A DNA stretch of 64,000 nucleotides from Bacteroidales bacterium UBA6366 (lineage in GTDB: Bacteria > Bacteroidota > Bacteroidia > Bacteroidales > UBA932): contig DJRG01000042.1 of assembly GCA_002438845.1 (NCBI GenBank), forward strand, positions 18,899 through 82,898, read 5' to 3'. The notes beneath the pieces are model-generated. The model saw only the letters and a list, made by a program, of their open reading frames with translations, did no database searches and had not been told where the DNA came from. This document shows positions 60,374-64,000 of this stretch, one piece after another. The translations under genes were made by a program, and so were the position numbers. Positions within the stretch are counted from its first letter, which is position 1. Each line of letters starts with the position of its first letter.

Positions 60374-60810
60374 TTTCCGAATATTTCATTTAACTGTTCA
60401 TCCACATCCGTTCCGCCGGAGAAAAGGTCGGCAAGGATGCCATCGACGTCGTTCATTACGACCTCCTTGTCTGTCACCTTCTGCCCTCCGACATACGAGA
60501 CGCAGATGTTTTCCTTATTATAGACATTCACCCCGATAGTTATGAATATACCGGCGCACACGGCGGCCACAGCGACCCGAAGCCATGCGGAGCCATGCCT
60601 GCGGATGCCTTTTCGGGAATATTCATCCGCTTCCTTCCGTGAAAGGGACTTGCCGACGGCGAAGTAACCCATCACGGCGCGCGCTTCGTCATATTCAGAG
60701 GCCTGTCCTTCCGGAGAGGTGAGAGAAGCCTTGAGCTTCAGTTCCTCGGCTTCGGAAAGGGTTCCCTCGAAGTACCTGTCAATATATTCATTGATCCTAT
60801 TCATCTTCAT
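60370..60810 (-). CDS. Putative anti-sigma membrane protein
   Basis: RYFEGTLSEAEE..L N-terminus, single TM, directly downstream of the ECF sigma. Confidence 0.7.
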   Translation of the reverse strand: MKMNRINEYIDRYFEGTLSEAEELKLKASLTSPEGQASEYDEARAVMGYFAVGKSLSRKEADEYSRKGIRRHGSAWLRVAVAAVCAGIFITIGVNVYNKENICVSYVGGQKVTDKEVVMNDVDGILADLFSGGTDVDEQLNEIFGK

Positions 60811-61255
60811 TTCTGAATTTTCCCCTTAAAATTTTTCTTGCCCTTGAGATGTGCATCCGAACCGCAGCCTGCTGCATTCCAAGGTCTTTTGCTATCCGCT
60901 CGAAGGACTGGCCTTCATATTCATGCTTTCTGACGATAATTTTCTGGAGATCGGTCAGTTCACTTTCCACTGACGCTTCGACTTTCCGGAAGAGCAGTTC
61001 CTTTTCCATAGCATCGCCGCCCTCATCCTCAACCTGACGTCCTTCGAGAGTCACCGTCTGCCTTCCACTCGCTTTCCTGTGTTCGTCAATCTCAAGGTTT
61101 CTGCCAGTCCTTGACAGCAGCCCTATCGCCTCTTTCACGCTTCCGATCTTGTACTTTCTTCCCCAAAGCCTACAGAAGGCGTCTTGCAGAACGTCTTCAG
61201 ATTTCCATCGGCCCCGAAGGGCCAGGAACGCTTCTGTGAGAAAGTCTTCGATCAT
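60797..61255 (-). CDS. ECF-type RNA polymerase sigma factor
   Basis: EDVLQDAFCRLW (region 2), LTDLQK..FERIAKDLGMQQAAVRMHISRARK (region 4). Confidence 0.88.
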   Translation of the reverse strand: MIEDFLTEAFLALRGRWKSEDVLQDAFCRLWGRKYKIGSVKEAIGLLSRTGRNLEIDEHRKASGRQTVTLEGRQVEDEGGDAMEKELLFRKVEASVESELTDLQKIIVRKHEYEGQSFERIAKDLGMQQAAVRMHISRARKILRGKFRNEDE

Positions 61256-61276
61256 CGTTTGAACTTTTCACTAATT

Positions 61277-61304
61277 TAAACGAAAAGGCCGGGATATTGT
61301 AACA
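61277..61304 (-). promoter_or_regulatory. Candidate autoregulatory ECF promoter
   Basis: TGTTACA-N15-CGTTT just upstream of the sigma start. Confidence 0.55.
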
Positions 61305-61308
61305 CAAA

Positions 61309-61374
61309 GTCAGCGGAAATTAATTTTCAAATTTTGCACGGTAGACCAAAATTTGAAAATTAATTTCCGCTGAC
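61309..61374. repeat. Perfect 28-bp inverted repeat with 10-nt loop
   Basis: GTCAGCGGAAATTAATTTTCAAATTTTG-CACGGTAGAC-CAAAATTTGAAAATTAATTTCCGCTGAC. Confidence 0.95.
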
Positions 61375-61423
61375 CTGCAGACGTGTTCACTCATTTTTTA
61401 CACACTTACATAGTAAAGCAGAG

Positions 61424-62152
61424 TTAATAGAGTCCTCCGTTGATGGAAATGACCTGGCCGGTGATGTAGGCGGAATCCGAAGAGGCGAGGAAACCGACGA
61501 GTGCGGCTACCTCCTCAGGCTTGCCGAAACGACGGGCCGGGATCTGAGCCTTGAGAGTGTCCTCGTCAAGTCCTTCGACCATGTCGGTCTCGACAAAGCC
61601 CGGAGCGACAGCATTGACGGTGATCTTCCTCGGAGCAAGTTCTTGAGCCAGAGCCTTCGTGGCAGCAATCAGCCCACCTTTTGCAGCCGAATAGTTCGTC
61701 TGGCCCGGCAGACCTTTGAGACCGGACAACGATGCCATGTTGATGATTCGTCCGTTGCGGTGCGAGACCATCGGCTGAAGGAACTTACGGGTGACATTAT
61801 AGAAACTGTTCAAATCCGTGGCCATCACCTTGAACCAGTCATCCTGTTCCATCCAAAGCATCAGATTGTCCCTTCTCACACCCGCATTGTTAACCAGCAC
61901 CTCAACATAATCATCAGGATGACTATCCTGCCATCCTTCTATCGCCTTTACCGTCGACTCAGCGTCAGCCACATCAAACTTCAGAAGCTCGCCACTGCCC
62001 CCAGCCTCCTCAATAAGCCGGAGAGTCTCCCGCGCGGCATCATCGTTTGAGACATAGTTAATCACAACACAGAACCCCATCCGGGCAAGTTTCACACATA
62101 CCGCCCGGCCGATCCCACGGCTTCCACCGGTCACAAAAGCATATTTCGACAT
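61424..62152 (-). CDS. fabG: 3-oxoacyl-ACP reductase (SDR)
   Basis: TGGSRGIG, NNAG, YSAAK, NAVAPG, YITGQVI..NGG. Confidence 0.92.
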   Translation of the reverse strand: MSKYAFVTGGSRGIGRAVCVKLARMGFCVVINYVSNDDAARETLRLIEEAGGSGELLKFDVADAESTVKAIEGWQDSHPDDYVEVLVNNAGVRRDNLMLWMEQDDWFKVMATDLNSFYNVTRKFLQPMVSHRNGRIINMASLSGLKGLPGQTNYSAAKGGLIAATKALAQELAPRKITVNAVAPGFVETDMVEGLDEDTLKAQIPARRFGKPEEVAALVGFLASSDSAYITGQVISINGGLY

Positions 62153-62197
62153 AAGATATTCAAAATTAATTTCAGTGCAAACATACACAATAATTCT

Positions 62198-62234
62198 TCA
62201 TCGTCATAAAATGATAATCATAAAATGACGATGA
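62198..62234. promoter_or_regulatory. Operator-like palindrome between divergent fabG and fic promoters
   Basis: TCATCGTCAT...ATGACGATGA containing TCATAAAATGA twice; -7 elements at 62178-62185 (-) and 62282-62289 (+). Confidence 0.5.
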
Positions 62235-62312
62235 GGTTGTAATTTGTCTGAAAGCCATCTTATATTCTCATATGAAAATTATATCTTTGCATACATATAA
62301 AACTCATCATAG

Positions 62313-63461
62313 ATGGTTAACAAAAATCCAGATTTCGAAGCCTACGAGCGTGTTGCAGAACCACATAAGCGAGAGAGAGCCTCGGTGTGGCGGACAGCTA
62401 TCGGTCTGCAGGATGTGGATGGATTGAAAGTGTCAGACTATCTGAAAGAGACGGCTGTAAAACATATTGAGGGTGAGATCACCATTGATGATGTGCGCGA
62501 GCAATTAAAGTCTTATTATGTAAGCAAGACAACGCACGATAATGGCGACGCAGAAAAAGAAGAGGCGGACCGTGTGGCGGCAAACATCACCAAATTGTTG
62601 AGTGAACAGTCATTCTCGTTCACGGCATTGGAGTTTCTGAATATTCACAGGCACTTGTTCGAGGGTATATTCAAACACGCCGGTGAAACTCGCTCTTATG
62701 ACATCAGCAAAAAAGAATGGGTGCTGCAAGGTGATACTGTTGTCTATGGACGTGCCGAAGACATCATGATGGCTTTGGAATATGATATCAAACAGGAAAA
62801 AGACTTCAGTTATAGAGGACTGACAACGGATGAAATCATCGAGCATATTGTTGATTTTGTCACATTGCTTTGGCAGAACCATCCGTTCCGTGAAGGCAAT
62901 ACTCGTACAACCGCTGTTTTTGTCATCAAATATCTGCGTTCCATTGGTTTCAAGGTAAACAACGATTTGTTTGCGGACAACTCGTGGTACTTTCGTAACG
63001 CGCTGGTCCGCGCAAACTATCGCAATCCATCCAAGGGCATAGAGCCAGACCCCTCATTTCTCGTCAAGTTCTTCCGTAATCTGATGTTGGGAGAGCAGAA
63101 CGAGTTGAAGAACCGCTATATGCTGATAGGATATACAAACGTTGACAAGTCGCCCACAAGCACCCCCACAAGTACCCCCACAAGTACCCCCACAAGTAAT
63201 AAATCAGTGCTGGAGTCTTTGTCTGATACTGTCAAGCGATTGGTTCTTGTCATTGGACAAGAGGAAAGAAGCGTAAGAGAAATGATGGAAGCGGCTGGGT
63301 TGAAAGACAGGAAAAACTTCCTTGAATATTCTCTTGCTCCGGCAATCACAGAAGGCTTGATCAGGATGAAATACCCTGATTCTCCACGTCATCCTCGTCA
63401 GAAGTATCTTCTTACTGTAAAGGGGCTGACTGTGTATAAGGGAATCAGTGAAGGATTGTAA
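62313..63461 (+). CDS. Fic family protein (VbhA-like N-terminus, Fic domain, C-terminal wHTH)
   Basis: HPFREGNTRT; AIGLQDVDGL..S.Y N-terminus; PDSPRHPRQKYLLT C-terminus. Confidence 0.92.
   Translation: MVNKNPDFEAYERVAEPHKRERASVWRTAIGLQDVDGLKVSDYLKETAVKHIEGEITIDDVREQLKSYYVSKTTHDNGDAEKEEADRVAANITKLLSEQSFSFTALEFLNIHRHLFEGIFKHAGETRSYDISKKEWVLQGDTVVYGRAEDIMMALEYDIKQEKDFSYRGLTTDEIIEHIVDFVTLLWQNHPFREGNTRTTAVFVIKYLRSIGFKVNNDLFADNSWYFRNALVRANYRNPSKGIEPDPSFLVKFFRNLMLGEQNELKNRYMLIGYTNVDKSPTSTPTSTPTSTPTSNKSVLESLSDTVKRLVLVIGQEERSVREMMEAAGLKDRKNFLEYSLAPAITEGLIRMKYPDSPRHPRQKYLLTVKGLTVYKGISEGL
63153..63198 (+). repeat. 12-bp tandem repeat (about 4 copies) encoding PTST
   Basis: CCCACAAG(C/T)ACC x3 plus CCCACAAGTA. 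Confidence 0.9.
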
Positions 63462-64000
63462 AATCCTTGCCGAGGATCTCGCGGCAGGTGAGGGTGGAGG
63501 TCATGGAGACACCAAGAATGCCGTGGAGGTTGAGGCTTTGGCCGGTGAAAAGGAGGTTTTTCAGAGGGGTGCGGGGGGACAGGACGGTGCGCAGAGGGGT
63601 TCTCCAATCGTGACGGATGCCAAAAGCGGAGCCTTGGGGAGTTGAGGTGTAGCGGGAATATGTCAGCGGAGTACTTGTGCTGAGGCTCTCAATTGAGCCT
63701 TCCAGCCACGGAAGCCTTGACGCCACCAAATCAAGGCATTCCCTTAACTTTCTCTGCTTTGCCGACTCGTAGGCTTCTTCAGAACCAAATACGGTCGCCT
63801 TCGAAGATGGTGAAGCAGGGCAATCGGTGCCACCGTCGCCACAATGGAAAGGCATCGGGCTCATCAAGTCCAGATGTGTCGCACTACCTTGCGGCCCAGG
63901 GTAAAAATGAACCATGACAGACTCGGTGACTGATGGGTCCGGATGCCAAAGGTCGATGCCTTCACGATGAATGAATATGTTCCCGTCGGGACACATCGGG
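63445..64000 (-). CDS. FAD-dependent oxidoreductase, phytoene desaturase/retinol saturase-like, 3' part
   Basis: STPLTY.RY..TPQGSAFG, SPRTPLKNLLFTGQSLNLHGILGV; 5' end lies outside the window. Confidence 0.82.
   Translation of the reverse strand, partial: PMCPDGNIFIHREGIDLWHPDPSVTESVMVHFYPGPQGSATHLDLMSPMPFHCGDGGTDCPASPSSKATVFGSEEAYESAKQRKLRECLDLVASRLPWLEGSIESLSTSTPLTYSRYTSTPQGSAFGIRHDWRTPLRTVLSPRTPLKNLLFTGQSLNLHGILGVSMTSTLTCREILGKDFTILH

Overview
A Bacteroidales chromosomal segment of roughly 52% GC by eye, with TAnnTTTG promoters and SusC/SusD genes. It contains: (i) the start of one polysaccharide utilisation locus (SusC 5' part, hybrid two-component system) next to a PCMD lipoprotein and two paralogous OMPs; (ii) tRNA-Ser(UGA) with a probable integration scar; (iii) housekeeping blocks (lspA-dksA-ileS, cvpA-tsaB-rpiB-truB, apbE, lolA-ftsK-DUF4290, addAB-like, rubrerythrin, recJ, lysS, trmH-like, aroE, ssb, purA, fabG); (iv) a complete second PUL (kdgK-eda-XylR-like regulator-MFS-nagA-nagB-like-GH20-GH18-like lipoprotein-susC-susD-surface lipoprotein); (v) a GH31, an ECF sigma/anti-sigma operon and an inserted Fic gene. 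Main leads: a PUL whose NagA/NagB homologues have altered phosphate-binding motifs and are coupled to KdgK/Eda with no HexNAc kinase (possible kinase-free N-acetylhexosaminuronate pathway); a REP-like palindrome (core TTCGACAGGCTCA) present in-frame inside ftsK (6 units) and ssb as well as intergenically; a strongly over-represented, strand-symmetric hexamer GAATAT/ATATTC that overrides codon bias; a phosphomannose-isomerase homologue lacking its His/Glu/His metal ligands; and ~50-bp-period dyad arrays. Product calls rest on motif recognition only; no database searches were run.
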